In this document: piece by piece, positions 40,171 through 50,052 of the stretch
Layout: the number at the start of each line of letters is the position of its first letter
Position numbering within the stretch: the first letter of the stretch is position 1
DNA from: an uncultured Gemmatimonadaceae bacterium
Lineage (GTDB): Bacteria; Gemmatimonadota; Gemmatimonadetes; Gemmatimonadales; Gemmatimonadaceae
DNA length: 64,000 bases
Reading direction: 5' to 3'
NCBI GenBank assembly: GCA_963740355.1
Contig: CAVUDW010000002.1
Coordinates: forward strand, 128,001-192,000
The notes under the pieces: model-generated
What the model was told of the DNA's origin: nothing
Databases searched by the model: none
What the model saw: only the letters and a program-made list of their open reading frames with translations
Translations under genes and position numbers: made by a program

Positions 40171-41132
40171 GCCGCGATGGCGCGTTGCAGCGCGTAGTAC
40201 TCGGCGGTGCGAAGGATGCCTTCCTCAAGGTCGACTTCAGCGGTGAAGCCAAGTACGTCGGTGGCCTTCTGGGCGGCAGGGATGCGCAGTTCGATGTCGG
40301 CGTAGTCGCGGCGAATGAACTTGATCTTCGACTTCGAGTTCAGCACCCGGACGACGGCGTTGGCGAGGCCGTAGATCGTGGTGACCGCAATCGCATTGCC
40401 GATATTGAACGATTCGCCAATGGCTTCCGGCTGCTCGAGGCACATCATGAGGGCGCGCGTCATGTCATCGACGTAGCACCAGGCGCGAATCTGCGTGCCG
40501 TTGCCGTGAATCTCGATGTCCTCGTTGCGGATCGCCTTCTGGATGAACTTCATGATCGCGCCCTCGCCGACCTGACCTGGGCCGTAGACATTGAACGGCC
40601 GCACGGTGACGGTGGGGACGCCGAACTCCTTGTGATAGGAGTGCGTGAGATGTTCCGCGGCCAGCTTGCCGACCGCATACACCCAGCGCGCCTCGCCCAC
40701 GGCGCCGATCTCGCACTTGTCGCCTTCGCCGGAGTTGTAGGCACGGGAACCGAACACTTCCGAGGTCGAGAAGTCGAGGAAGCGACGACAATCCTTCAGC
40801 GTGCGACAGGCCTCGAGCACGTTGGCCGTGCCGATGAGGTTGACGCGGAGCGTCTTGGTCGGGCTGATGATGACGGTGTCGATGCCCGCGATGGCGGCAG
40901 CGTGCACCACGTAGTTCGCGCCTTCGATGGCCTTCTCGACGGCGGCTGCGTCCATCACGTCGCCGCGGATGCGCTTCAGGTTCCGGTGGCCTGCGAACGG
41001 CTTATGCTGCAGCGAGTCGCGCGAGAAGTTGTCGAAGATCGTGACTTCGTTCTTCTCGACGTAGTGGCCAGCCAGCGTTGAGCCGATGAATCCGGCTCCG
41101 CCCGTGATGAAGATCCTGGCGCCTTCGATCAT
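40167..41132 (-). CDS. NAD-dependent nucleotide-sugar epimerase/dehydratase
   Basis: 'ITGGAGFIG', 'STSEVFG', 'YAVGK', 'RPFNVYGP'. Confidence 0.92.
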   Translation of the reverse strand: MIEGARIFITGGAGFIGSTLAGHYVEKNEVTIFDNFSRDSLQHKPFAGHRNLKRIRGDVMDAAAVEKAIEGANYVVHAAAIAGIDTVIISPTKTLRVNLIGTANVLEACRTLKDCRRFLDFSTSEVFGSRAYNSGEGDKCEIGAVGEARWVYAVGKLAAEHLTHSYHKEFGVPTVTVRPFNVYGPGQVGEGAIMKFIQKAIRNEDIEIHGNGTQIRAWCYVDDMTRALMMCLEQPEAIGESFNIGNAIAVTTIYGLANAVVRVLNSKSKIKFIRRDYADIELRIPAAQKATDVLGFTAEVDLEEGILRTAEYYALQRAIAA

Positions 41133-41273
41133 GTGGTGCTCCACCCGGTGTTGAAAGAGTTGGTGCACCCGCCCCGCTCGGGATCCCCACACATCTGGTG
41201 GTAGAGCCGAGGCGGGACGGATGCAGCACAACGGGCGTCGCGAGGACACCTGCGCTGCACAGAGCATCGGAAA

Positions 41274-41412
41274 AGCAGCAACCGTGCCGAACCGTAAAGC
41301 GTTGCCTCGCAATAGTTTAGCAAAATGGGCGGTGGTGCCGGCAGAGAAATATTTGCCGCTCGCGACCCGAATCGGCCGTTTGATGCCGACGGACACCCGG
41401 CAGAGTTGGCCG
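41274..41412 (-). promoter_or_regulatory. sigma54 promoter C with enhancer box and 25-bp box
   Basis: Minus strand CGGCACGGTTGCTGCT (GG at 41288/41287); 25-bp box 41295-41319; CGGC-N7-GCCG at 41398-41412, partial sites at 41374-41388 and 41344-41358. Confidence 0.72.
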
Positions 41413-41575
41413 ACCTGGGACTGCCTCTGCACACCCATCGCACACCCACTCAGCAGCCGGAAAAGACATCTGTTTAGTCGTGGCCAGTCGCGCCCGACAC
41501 TGGAGCCATGAACAGGTGTTCCGTCGCGGCCGTGACGGGCTGCCGTGGGTGGATCCAGTGTGGGGGAAAACGTCG

Positions 41576-42829
41576 ATGCGACTCGACCAGAAGTACCGTG
41601 TAGTGAGTCTCTGCGAGGATGATCGCGTGGATCGGCGCATCCTCGATGGCGCACGCATGTTGAGCGAAGAAGGCTGGCCTACGCTGGTGATTGCGGCGCC
41701 ACCACTGATCGACTTGCGCGACGAGGAGAGTTATCCCGACGTACCCATCTTTCGCATGCCGTCACAGTACGTGCCTGGCGGCGAGGTGCCGACTGGTACG
41801 CTGCCACACGAGGAGTTGATCAATTCACTGTTTCGGTGGAGTCGGCGGGTGACGGCGGCGGCCCTCGCCTTTCCCGCTGAGGTCTACATCGCAAACGATC
41901 TTCCGCAATTGGCGGCTGGAATCATCGCGGCGCGCACCTACGGCAGCACGTTGATCTACGACGCACACGAGTTCTTTCCCGCGCAGCCGTTTGTCAAGGA
42001 TCGCAGTGAGAAGCTCGAGACCATCGAACGCGACCTGATCCAGTACGCCCACGGCATCGTGACGGTCAACGACAGCATCGCCGACGTCATGACCATGCAC
42101 TACAAGTGCATGCGGCCGCACATCGTGCTCAATTGCCCGACGCGACGACACCAGAAGACGGCGATGGTCGATGACGGCCGGATGCGAAAGTTCCTCGGTA
42201 TCGCACCAAGCCAGCGCATCCTGCTCTATCAGGGCAATCTGACGGCCTTTCGCAATCTCGAGGAGATGATCGAGGGCATGACGATGGTGCAGTCCGATGA
42301 TGTGGTGCTTGCACTGATGGGCCGAGCCTCCGAATTCTCGGAAGGACTGCAGCGTCGTGCGTCGGAGCTTGGAGTGCTTGGACGTCGCGTGTTCTTCATT
42401 CCCGAGAAGTCGGCCGGCGAGTTGCTGGCGTGGACGGCGGGTGCCGATGCCGGGATCATTCCCTATCCGCACACCGACCTGAATACGCTCATGTGCACGC
42501 CGAACAAGCTCTACGAGTTCCTCGCGTCCGGACTGCCGATCCTTGCCTCGCATGGGACGGAACTGCGCCGCTTCGTCGGCGATCTGGGTGTCGGGCGGAA
42601 TGCGCATCTCCAGACGCCGCGCGACTTTGCGACAGCCATCGACGCCTTCATGGCCGGGCCACTGGACGTGTGGCGCGCACGCTCGATGGAGCTGTCGGCA
42701 CGATACACGTGGGAGACGGAAGGGCGCCTCTGGTTCGACATCATTCGGCAGGCGCAGGAAGTACACCGCGCCAAGCCGTGGCCGGCGCAGCAGGTTGCCG
42801 CTTCTACACTCGAGTTGGTGTCGGTCTGA
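41576..42829 (+). CDS. Glycosyltransferase family 4
   Basis: 'IYDAHE', 'LLYQG', '[13 protein letters not shown]'. Start codon approximate. Confidence 0.85.
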   Translation: MRLDQKYRVVSLCEDDRVDRRILDGARMLSEEGWPTLVIAAPPLIDLRDEESYPDVPIFRMPSQYVPGGEVPTGTLPHEELINSLFRWSRRVTAAALAFPAEVYIANDLPQLAAGIIAARTYGSTLIYDAHEFFPAQPFVKDRSEKLETIERDLIQYAHGIVTVNDSIADVMTMHYKCMRPHIVLNCPTRRHQKTAMVDDGRMRKFLGIAPSQRILLYQGNLTAFRNLEEMIEGMTMVQSDDVVLALMGRASEFSEGLQRRASELGVLGRRVFFIPEKSAGELLAWTAGADAGIIPYPHTDLNTLMCTPNKLYEFLASGLPILASHGTELRRFVGDLGVGRNAHLQTPRDFATAIDAFMAGPLDVWRARSMELSARYTWETEGRLWFDIIRQAQEVHRAKPWPAQQVAASTLELVSV

Positions 42830-44118
42830 TGCACACCACGATCACACCGGAGCGCACGATGAAGAACGGCGCGACAGGCTCCACGCCAGCCACCGCTCGA
42901 GCAGATGCCACCTCCGCACCGTCGACGGTGCCCATCGCACTCGACTGGCAAATTGGGATCGGCACGAGCGCGGAGTTGATGGCACTGCACCTCACCACAC
43001 AGCTTCAGGGAACGCCGGGTGCCCAGGTCGTCCCGTTCATCGGTCCGACGCTGCACCCGGACAAGCTGGCGCCGACGCTACGAGCCCGGGTGATCCGTGC
43101 GTTCGACATCGCCGCGGCAGAAGGACCACGGCTGGTGCGCGAATCACGGGGACAGTCGCTGCCGATGATCGCGTTGCACCTGCTCGGCCGTGGGCTGGGT
43201 GGTTTGCCGACACCGCTTCCGCTGCCGCCGCGTCGCAGCATCGGCATCGTGCAGACGTGCGACACCGCGTTCGATGACGCGTCACGCACGCGCGCGAGTG
43301 TGTGCGACGCGGTCCTGGCCGGATCCACCTGGATGCGCGAGCGCCTGGTGGATGCTGGCATCGCGAAGGTCGGCGTGTATCCGGTTGGCGTCGACACGAC
43401 GCTGTTCACGCCGGCGCCGAAGGCAGGCCACCTGTCACAGCGCTTCGTAATCTTCTCCGGCGGTCGGCTGCATCACCACAAGGGACAGGACATCGTGTTG
43501 GCGGCGGTGCGAACCTTCCGGAAGCGCCACCCGGAAACGTTGCTCCTTACCACCTGGCAGACGCCTTGGCCGGAGGCGATTGGTGACCTGACGTCGGCTG
43601 GACATGCCAAGAGTTCTCTCGACTACTACGGTGGCAAACTCGATGTGGTGAAGTGGTGTGCCGACAATGGATTACCCGCAGGTTCGGTGGTGGACCTCGG
43701 TGCACTCGATCAGGCGGCGCTGGCGGTCGTGTTGCGCGAGGCGGATGTGGCCCTGTTCCCGAATCGCGCCGAGACCGATGCCAATCCGATGCTGCTGGAG
43801 TGTTTCGCAAGCGGGGTGCCGGTGATCGCGTCCGCCAATACGGGTCATCTGGACGTTGTCTCGGCAGAGTACTGCTATCCGTTGACGGAGCAGAACGCGG
43901 TCCGAAGTGCAGCCGGCGGCGCGAGCACAATTGGTTGGGGTGAGTCGTCGGTAGATGAGATCGTGGCGCACCTGGAGGCGGTGTACACACGAACCAGCGA
44001 GGCCCGCGCGCGTGCGACTGCTGCGGCCACCTTTGCGAAGTCCTTCGGCTGGCAGGTGCACGCACCGCGGCTGTTGGAGCTTGTCGCACCGCTGATCCGC
44101 GACATCCAGGCGAACTGA
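42829..44118 (+). CDS. Glycosyltransferase family 4
   Basis: 'IFSGGRLHHHKGQD', 'PNRAE...LECFASGVPVIASANTGH'. Confidence 0.82.
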   Translation: MHTTITPERTMKNGATGSTPATARADATSAPSTVPIALDWQIGIGTSAELMALHLTTQLQGTPGAQVVPFIGPTLHPDKLAPTLRARVIRAFDIAAAEGPRLVRESRGQSLPMIALHLLGRGLGGLPTPLPLPPRRSIGIVQTCDTAFDDASRTRASVCDAVLAGSTWMRERLVDAGIAKVGVYPVGVDTTLFTPAPKAGHLSQRFVIFSGGRLHHHKGQDIVLAAVRTFRKRHPETLLLTTWQTPWPEAIGDLTSAGHAKSSLDYYGGKLDVVKWCADNGLPAGSVVDLGALDQAALAVVLREADVALFPNRAETDANPMLLECFASGVPVIASANTGHLDVVSAEYCYPLTEQNAVRSAAGGASTIGWGESSVDEIVAHLEAVYTRTSEARARATAAATFAKSFGWQVHAPRLLELVAPLIRDIQAN

Positions 44119-44164
44119 CCTCCGTTGGCGTCAATCGGCGCCGCGGGGCCGCGCATGGTCCCGC

Positions 44165-45607
44165 TCAGGTGATGCTGCTGTTGACCTTCAGCGCCAGCGT
44201 GCGTGCCATTTCTGCGGCCTGCTTTCCGAGGCCGAGCGTCACGGCTAGCTGCGCGAAGCGATGTGCATCAGCCCACGCCTCCTCCCGGCCGAGCCGTTCC
44301 GCCATCAGGAGCGCCGAGATGGCATCGTGCTGGTGCGCCGGCAGGGAGTTCCACGGCACCTGTGGGAAGAGCAGCCGCTTGTCATAGCGCGCCCACATCT
44401 CGAGCACGATCCGGCGATGCGCGTCGGCGTAGGGATTGGTGCCACCGCCGAGTCCCATGTTGGCGCCGTGCCAGCGCCAGATGTAGCCGAGCCCGGGGTC
44501 GTGCTTGAACTTCGCACGCAACGCCAGGCGTGACCAGAGGTGGTAGTCATGCCCGCGCGGGAATCCCGCGTCATACCAGCCAGCACGTGCGTAGGCTCGC
44601 ATGCTGATGAGTGTACCGCCGTCCGTCATCACGTTGCGCTGGAAGAGCGTCGCCAGGAGTGCCTCGGGGCGATCGTACCAGTCCTCGCCGATGTTCTGAC
44701 TCACCGGATTGAGCGCGGCATCGCAGAGCAGCATGTCGCCGTGAATGACATCGGCATCCGGCACGCGCTCGAGCATCGTGACGCGGCTCGTCACGACTGA
44801 CGGCACCAGCAGGTCGTCGTCGCCGATCCAGATCACGAAGGGCGTGTCGATGGTCGCGAGCGCCTGATTGCGGTTGGCCGGCGCGCCACCGTGCTGGTTG
44901 GCGATCAGCCGCACGCCGTTCGTCGCATATCCCTTCACCACATCAACGCTACCGTCGGTGGACCCATCGTCCGTCACGATCACTCGGCAGTGCGGATAGT
45001 CCTGCGCGAGACAACTGACGATCGTCTCACGCAGAAATCCGGCGCGGTTGAACGACGGGATAATGAGCGAGACAGGTGGCGGCTCGAACGTGACGCGCGC
45101 ATCGGTTGCCGCCTCTACGACGGGCCTCGGATTGCGCTGAATACTTCCCGGCACGGCGCGTGTCGGTGTTTCGTGGGCCTGCAGCGCGAAGACGGTGTCC
45201 ACGAGCGCCGCAGCGTCGCGTACGCACCAGTCAGAGGGTCCGACCAGTGACGCGTGGGCGCTTCGAATGACGGGCAGGCCTGACGCCCGCACCACCTCGA
45301 CACAATGCGCGACGGCGCCATCGATCGGTCCGAGCACCACCACCACGCGGACACTCACCGGCATCGCCCAGGCGTCGAGACGGTCTCGGTCCACCGCATA
45401 CATCGCCACGCCGCTGGGCAGTGCGTCGTCTGACGTATCAGGGCCGAGCAGGACCGGCGCAAACTCCTCGCCGAAGCGACTGCCCCAGCCCAGCGATCCG
45501 ATGCACAACTCCACCAGCCAGGCGCGATCGTCGACACTCAGGCGCGGCCAGTCGGCGATGACGGCGACAGTGATTGCATCTGGCGCGGCCGACACATCAT
45601 GCAGCAT
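44165..45607 (-). CDS. Glycosyltransferase family 2 with N-terminal extension
   Basis: 'IIPSFNR', 'DDGSTD', 'GDDD', 'HDYHLW'. Confidence 0.85.
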   Translation of the reverse strand: MLHDVSAAPDAITVAVIADWPRLSVDDRAWLVELCIGSLGWGSRFGEEFAPVLLGPDTSDDALPSGVAMYAVDRDRLDAWAMPVSVRVVVVLGPIDGAVAHCVEVVRASGLPVIRSAHASLVGPSDWCVRDAAALVDTVFALQAHETPTRAVPGSIQRNPRPVVEAATDARVTFEPPPVSLIIPSFNRAGFLRETIVSCLAQDYPHCRVIVTDDGSTDGSVDVVKGYATNGVRLIANQHGGAPANRNQALATIDTPFVIWIGDDDLLVPSVVTSRVTMLERVPDADVIHGDMLLCDAALNPVSQNIGEDWYDRPEALLATLFQRNVMTDGGTLISMRAYARAGWYDAGFPRGHDYHLWSRLALRAKFKHDPGLGYIWRWHGANMGLGGGTNPYADAHRRIVLEMWARYDKRLLFPQVPWNSLPAHQHDAISALLMAERLGREEAWADAHRFAQLAVTLGLGKQAAEMARTLALKVNSSIT

Positions 45608-47318
45608 GCGCCCGTGCCTCCAGGTCGAGCGGGGCACGAGTGCCTTCGATGAACTGGCGGTGCCAGATCGTGAGGCTGACCAGCGCGCACAACTGCGAGA
45701 GCTGCGGCCATTCCTCGTAGCGCCAGGGGCCGGCGTTCATGCGTGCGCCAAACTCACGGGCGAGGCGCGGGCCATCGAAATACGGATTCTGTTGCCAGAA
45801 CGGGAGCATCATCGTGGCGCGGAGCAGCGGACCAAGCGAACCGTTTGCCCACTCGATCAGCGGCGCGTTGAAGCCGACCTTGCTGCGCCGGAGACGCACG
45901 CGTTCCGGCACCAGGTCGCGGATCGCATCGCGCAGGACACGCTTTGTGAATCCGCCACCGAGCTTGGCATCAGGAGGCAGTGCGCGCGCGAACGTCACCA
46001 GCCGCCAATCGAGCAGCGGCATCCGCGACTCGATCCCGTGCGCCATCGTGGCCCGATCAAAGTTGCGCAGGATGCCGGGCAGTACGTCACGCGTGATCTG
46101 CCCATCGAGGTACGCATTCAGTTCGCGACGCGGCACGCGCAGGTGCGGCGTGTACCCGCCGAGTACCTCGTCGCCGCCATGGCCGTCGAGCGTGACACGT
46201 ACACCAGTGCTGGAGATCGCACGATTGAGGAGCCAGACCGGTGTGGCCGCGATACCAGCCGCGGATTCCGATGACCAGATGCTCTCGAGTGCCGCATCGG
46301 TGGCCTGCGCCGCGTCGAAGGCGATGTAGTGCGCCTCTGCGCGGACATAGTCCGCCACGGCGCGTGCATGCGCTGTCTCGTCGAGTGCGCTCCCAGGTGC
46401 CGTGCTGACGAAGGCATGACGCCAGTCGCTGGCGGACCGCTGCAAGTCGCTGCTCGTGCCGGCGTGGAGTGAAGCCATCACGCCCGCGACGGCGCTGGAA
46501 TCGATACCGCCGCTGAGGCAGGTGCCGACAGGCACGTCGCTGCGCAAGCGGAGGCGCACCGCATCGAACAGCAGGTCGCGGAACTGTGCCACCTGATCGT
46601 CGTACCGCGCGGGTGCCGCGATCAGATGTGCATCAGGATTCCACCAGCGCGTGATGCCTCCCTTGCCGCCCGCATCCAGCTGTAGCAGATGGCCGACCGG
46701 GAGCTGTACGATGCCCGCGAGCAGCGTCTCCATCTCGGTGCCTTCGATGCGCCCCGCATCCTGCAGCGTGAGCCGGAAGATGCGTTCGTTGAGCGAAGGC
46801 GCAGCGTCAGCCAGCGTGAGGAATGCCTTCAGCTCGGACGCAAAGGCGAGGCGCTTTCCGGCTTGCAGGTAGAGTGGCTTCACGCCGAAGCGATCGCGGG
46901 CGAGGATGAACCGCCGCGCGGCAGGTTCCCAGGCAGCGATTGCGAACATGCCGTTGAACCGGTCCAGCGCCGACACCCCCCAGTGCAGCAATGCGGCCGC
47001 TACGACCTCGGTGTCACCAGTGCCGCGGAAGGCGTAGCCTGCCTGCTGCAGCTCGGCGCGCAGTTCGAGGAAGTTGTACACCTCGCCGTTGTAGGTGACG
47101 ACGATGGTGCGACCATCCGGTGCGCGCTGCGTGAGTGGGCAGCTGCCGGCATCCGAGGTATCGAGAATCGCAAGGCGGCGATGGCCAAGGCCGATTTCGC
47201 CGTCGACGAAACAGCCCGACCCATCGGGGCCGCGGTGGGTGAGCGCGTCGGTGAAGCGACGGAGTTCGTCGGGATCAACCGGCGCGCCACCGAAGGCGAA
47301 GCCTGCAATGCCACACAT
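45597..47318 (-). CDS. asnB: Second asparagine-synthase-family amidotransferase (shorter paralogue)
   Basis: 'MCGI', 'HRGPD', 'NGEVYN', 'LSGGIDS', 'GHGGDE', 'RMPLLD', 'KVGF'. Confidence 0.9.
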   Translation of the reverse strand: MCGIAGFAFGGAPVDPDELRRFTDALTHRGPDGSGCFVDGEIGLGHRRLAILDTSDAGSCPLTQRAPDGRTIVVTYNGEVYNFLELRAELQQAGYAFRGTGDTEVVAAALLHWGVSALDRFNGMFAIAAWEPAARRFILARDRFGVKPLYLQAGKRLAFASELKAFLTLADAAPSLNERIFRLTLQDAGRIEGTEMETLLAGIVQLPVGHLLQLDAGGKGGITRWWNPDAHLIAAPARYDDQVAQFRDLLFDAVRLRLRSDVPVGTCLSGGIDSSAVAGVMASLHAGTSSDLQRSASDWRHAFVSTAPGSALDETAHARAVADYVRAEAHYIAFDAAQATDAALESIWSSESAAGIAATPVWLLNRAISSTGVRVTLDGHGGDEVLGGYTPHLRVPRRELNAYLDGQITRDVLPGILRNFDRATMAHGIESRMPLLDWRLVTFARALPPDAKLGGGFTKRVLRDAIRDLVPERVRLRRSKVGFNAPLIEWANGSLGPLLRATMMLPFWQQNPYFDGPRLAREFGARMNAGPWRYEEWPQLSQLCALVSLTIWHRQFIEGTRAPLDLEARAHAA

Positions 47319-47358
47319 GTGCGATGTCGCTCGAAGTCAGGCGCGTGTCAGTCGCGAA

Positions 47359-47622
47359 TCAGGCGACGTCGGGCTTCGGCGCATGCCGTCGCGGCGCGAG
47401 GGCACCACCGGTCGCGACGAGCGCCGCGGGCACTTCGCTGGTCGCGCTGGCGCGACGGTTGTGCGCCGCGACCTGATCCAGCAACTCGGCGCGCAGGATC
47501 GTGGTGTCGGCTGGCGCTTCGATCCCGATGCGCACCCCGCCCCGATCACACTGCACGACGACGATCCGGATTCCACCATCGATGACGATCGCGTCACCGG
47601 CCTTCCTGCTCAGGATCAGCAT
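47359..47622 (-). CDS. csrA: Carbon storage regulator CsrA
   Basis: 'MLILSRKAGDAIVI...VRIGIEAP...ILRAEL'. Confidence 0.9.
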   Translation of the reverse strand: MLILSRKAGDAIVIDGGIRIVVVQCDRGGVRIGIEAPADTTILRAELLDQVAAHNRRASATSEVPAALVATGGALAPRRHAPKPDVA

Positions 47623-47692
47623 CCTTGCTTCCCCATACGCCAAATTGTGAAGGGTGCGACTCCGCGCCACCCGTGAATCCTGCGACTACGAA

Positions 47693-49090
47693 CTACCGGC
47701 CGAGGTTGATCAGCGTCTGCGACATCTCGTCGATGACAGTGATCAGGCGTGCGGCCGCCTGGTACGACTGCTGGTACTTCATCAGGTTCACCATCTCCTC
47801 GTCGATCGAGACACCCTTGATGCTTTCGCGCCGACTGTCGGTCTGGGTGGCAAGGGTGCGTGCCGCGGTCGCCGTACCGGATGCGCCATTGACCATCGTG
47901 GCGATCGATGCGACGACGTTGCGGTAGCCTTCGCTGATGGACGAGGTCTGGCCGTTGACGCTGACCGGCGTGTCGCGCAGTTGCGACAGCTTGAGCGCGA
48001 CGGAGTTGTCACCGGCTTCGTTGGCAATGCCCGATGCCGCGACACGATTGACGTTGGCGACGATCGTGCTGTCGAGCTGGATCGTGCGCGCCGTGGTGCG
48101 GCTCGCATCGAAGAAGTTGCCGGCCGCTGCGCCACCGATGAAACCGGTGGTGTGTAGCGCGTTCGTGTTCGTGATGAGCGACGATGCAATGGCGTCGAGG
48201 CTCTTCAGTGCGTCGGGATAGACGGTGTTGTAGGAGTCGAGCATGCCGGCCACCTGACCGCCAATGGCATACATCGTCTCCGTCGGTGCACCACCGGCCG
48301 GCAGGTCGCCGAGGGCGATGGCCAGCTTGGTCGGATCGGCAATCGGCGCCTGCACCCGGACCGTCTTGAAGTTCGCGCCATCGACGAGCGAATCGCCGCC
48401 GATGTTGATGTTGACCGAACCATCGGCCTGGCGATACGCCGTAGCACCGATCAGCGAGGAGAGCTCGTCGATCTTGAGATCACGCTGGTCGCGCATGTCG
48501 GGCGACTGCTTGCCCGCCGCCTCGGCCGCAACGATGCGTGCGTTGATCTCGGCGACCTGCGCGGCGAGGGAATTGACCTTGTCGGTGGTTTCGAGCAACC
48601 GCGTGCGCGCGACGGTGCGTGCGTCCTCGATCTGGTTGCCGTAGGTGTTGAGCTGTGACGCCACCTGTGCACCGCGCTGGCGAACGACGCCCTTCGCGGC
48701 GCTGGACTCAGGATTGGTGGAGAGGTCACTCCACGCCGACCAGAGCTGCTCGAGGCTCGATGCGAGCCCCGTCTCCGATGGCTCGCCGAGTACACCCTCG
48801 ATCGCCTGCAAGGCGTCGCGACGTTCTTCGGTGTAGCCGGCATTCTGAGTGTCACGGCGGAAGCTCGCATCGAGCAGTTCGTCACGCATCCGCACCACGC
48901 CCTCGATCAGCACGCCGGTGCCGAAGGTGCCGTATGCCAGACGCTCCGGGTACCCAGGCGTGAGGGTGACGCGCTGACGCGAATACCCAGGTGTCTGCGC
49001 GTTGGTGACGTTCTGTGAACTGGTGCTGATCTGCGCCTGGCTGGCCATCAGGCCAGACCGCGCGATGCTCAACATGCCGCCGAAGTTCAT
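47693..49090 (-). CDS. flgK: Flagellar hook-associated protein FlgK
   Basis: 'NVTNAQTPGYSRQR', 'GVSIDEEMVNLMKYQQSYQA'. Confidence 0.93.
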   Translation of the reverse strand: MNFGGMLSIARSGLMASQAQISTSSQNVTNAQTPGYSRQRVTLTPGYPERLAYGTFGTGVLIEGVVRMRDELLDASFRRDTQNAGYTEERRDALQAIEGVLGEPSETGLASSLEQLWSAWSDLSTNPESSAAKGVVRQRGAQVASQLNTYGNQIEDARTVARTRLLETTDKVNSLAAQVAEINARIVAAEAAGKQSPDMRDQRDLKIDELSSLIGATAYRQADGSVNINIGGDSLVDGANFKTVRVQAPIADPTKLAIALGDLPAGGAPTETMYAIGGQVAGMLDSYNTVYPDALKSLDAIASSLITNTNALHTTGFIGGAAAGNFFDASRTTARTIQLDSTIVANVNRVAASGIANEAGDNSVALKLSQLRDTPVSVNGQTSSISEGYRNVVASIATMVNGASGTATAARTLATQTDSRRESIKGVSIDEEMVNLMKYQQSYQAAARLITVIDEMSQTLINLGR

Positions 49091-49100
49091 CCTGGGCTCC

Positions 49101-49673
49101 TCAGACGGAACGATCGAGGAAGCGCGGTGCCGTGGGCACCATCGCTGGCGTCAGGCGCGCCGTCGTGGGTCGCAATGCCGGCGAGGTCTGCGCCAGTGGC
49201 GCGACATAGGTCGCGGTGGGCTGCGGAGCGCCAAAGAGCTTCTGCACATAGTCGTTGCCGTTGTCCATCGCACTCTTCAGCACCTGCTTGTTGATGTCCA
49301 CTTCGCGGCTCAGCGAAACGGCGGCATCCTGCAAGGCATTGCGTGCGTCGATCACGGCGGGCGTGGCACGGTCGCCGAGGATGTCCTCGAGATCGTTCAC
49401 GTTCATGTCTTCTTCGCCACCCAGCAGGCGATTGACGCTCTTGCGACGGCGGCGGGCCTCACCCAGCGTGGCCAGCACACGGTAGGTCGCAAAGACGCTA
49501 TCGTCGAGGGCCTGCAAGTCGTCGTCAGCAACAGCAGCACGCTGCTTCTGCATCACGTGCATCAGCTCCTCGAGGAGCCTGCGCTCCGTGCCCAGCACAT
49601 CCGACAGCACCTCGACCGCGGTTTCGCGGCGGGCGGCGGTGGGGGCGTACTTCGGTGCGTAAGTCGGCAGCAT
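49101..49673 (-). CDS. flgN: FlgN-like flagellar export chaperone
   Basis: Helical protein directly upstream of flgK; 'QRAAVADDDL', 'INKQVL', C-terminal 'FLDRSV'. Confidence 0.65.
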   Translation of the reverse strand: MLPTYAPKYAPTAARRETAVEVLSDVLGTERRLLEELMHVMQKQRAAVADDDLQALDDSVFATYRVLATLGEARRRRKSVNRLLGGEEDMNVNDLEDILGDRATPAVIDARNALQDAAVSLSREVDINKQVLKSAMDNGNDYVQKLFGAPQPTATYVAPLAQTSPALRPTTARLTPAMVPTAPRFLDRSV

Positions 49674-49680
49674 GTAAGTC

Positions 49681-50052
49681 TCAGGGGAACCGGACGGGTG
49701 ACGCGAGCGGCGTGGCGGAGAGGTCGGGTACTGCGGGGGTCGGCACAACCGTCGGCGTGTCCATTCCAGCTTTCTGTCGCAAGGCGCGGTAGATCGCGTC
49801 TCCCAGCCCGCGATGCCACCGCGTACCAGTATCGGCGGCCATGCGCTCATCCATGAGTCCGGAGAAGATTTCCTCCCCCTGGCTCTTGTCGACGATGGCG
49901 CCGTCGGTTGGGACGGTTTCGCGCATCGACTTGTAGAGCTGCTGGACGAAGAGGCCCTCGAGATCCTTGGCCGCCTTTCGCATCGCGGCTTCACGCGGAT
50001 CGACGCTCACAGGCGCCAGGCCTGCAACACCGGAAACAGATGGCGTCGTCAT
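49681..50052 (-). CDS. flgJ: Rod-binding protein FlgJ (N-terminal domain only)
   Basis: 'RKAAKDLEGLFVQQLYKSMRET'; no muramidase domain. Confidence 0.85.
   Translation of the reverse strand: MTTPSVSGVAGLAPVSVDPREAAMRKAAKDLEGLFVQQLYKSMRETVPTDGAIVDKSQGEEIFSGLMDERMAADTGTRWHRGLGDAIYRALRQKAGMDTPTVVPTPAVPDLSATPLASPVRFP

Noticed and set aside
33312..47318. Lasso peptide or other RiPP cluster (AsnB-like plus radical SAM/SPASM)
   Set aside because: Both AsnB proteins keep the N-terminal Cys glutaminase; no precursor peptide, RRE or B protease is seen; neighbours are sugar enzymes.
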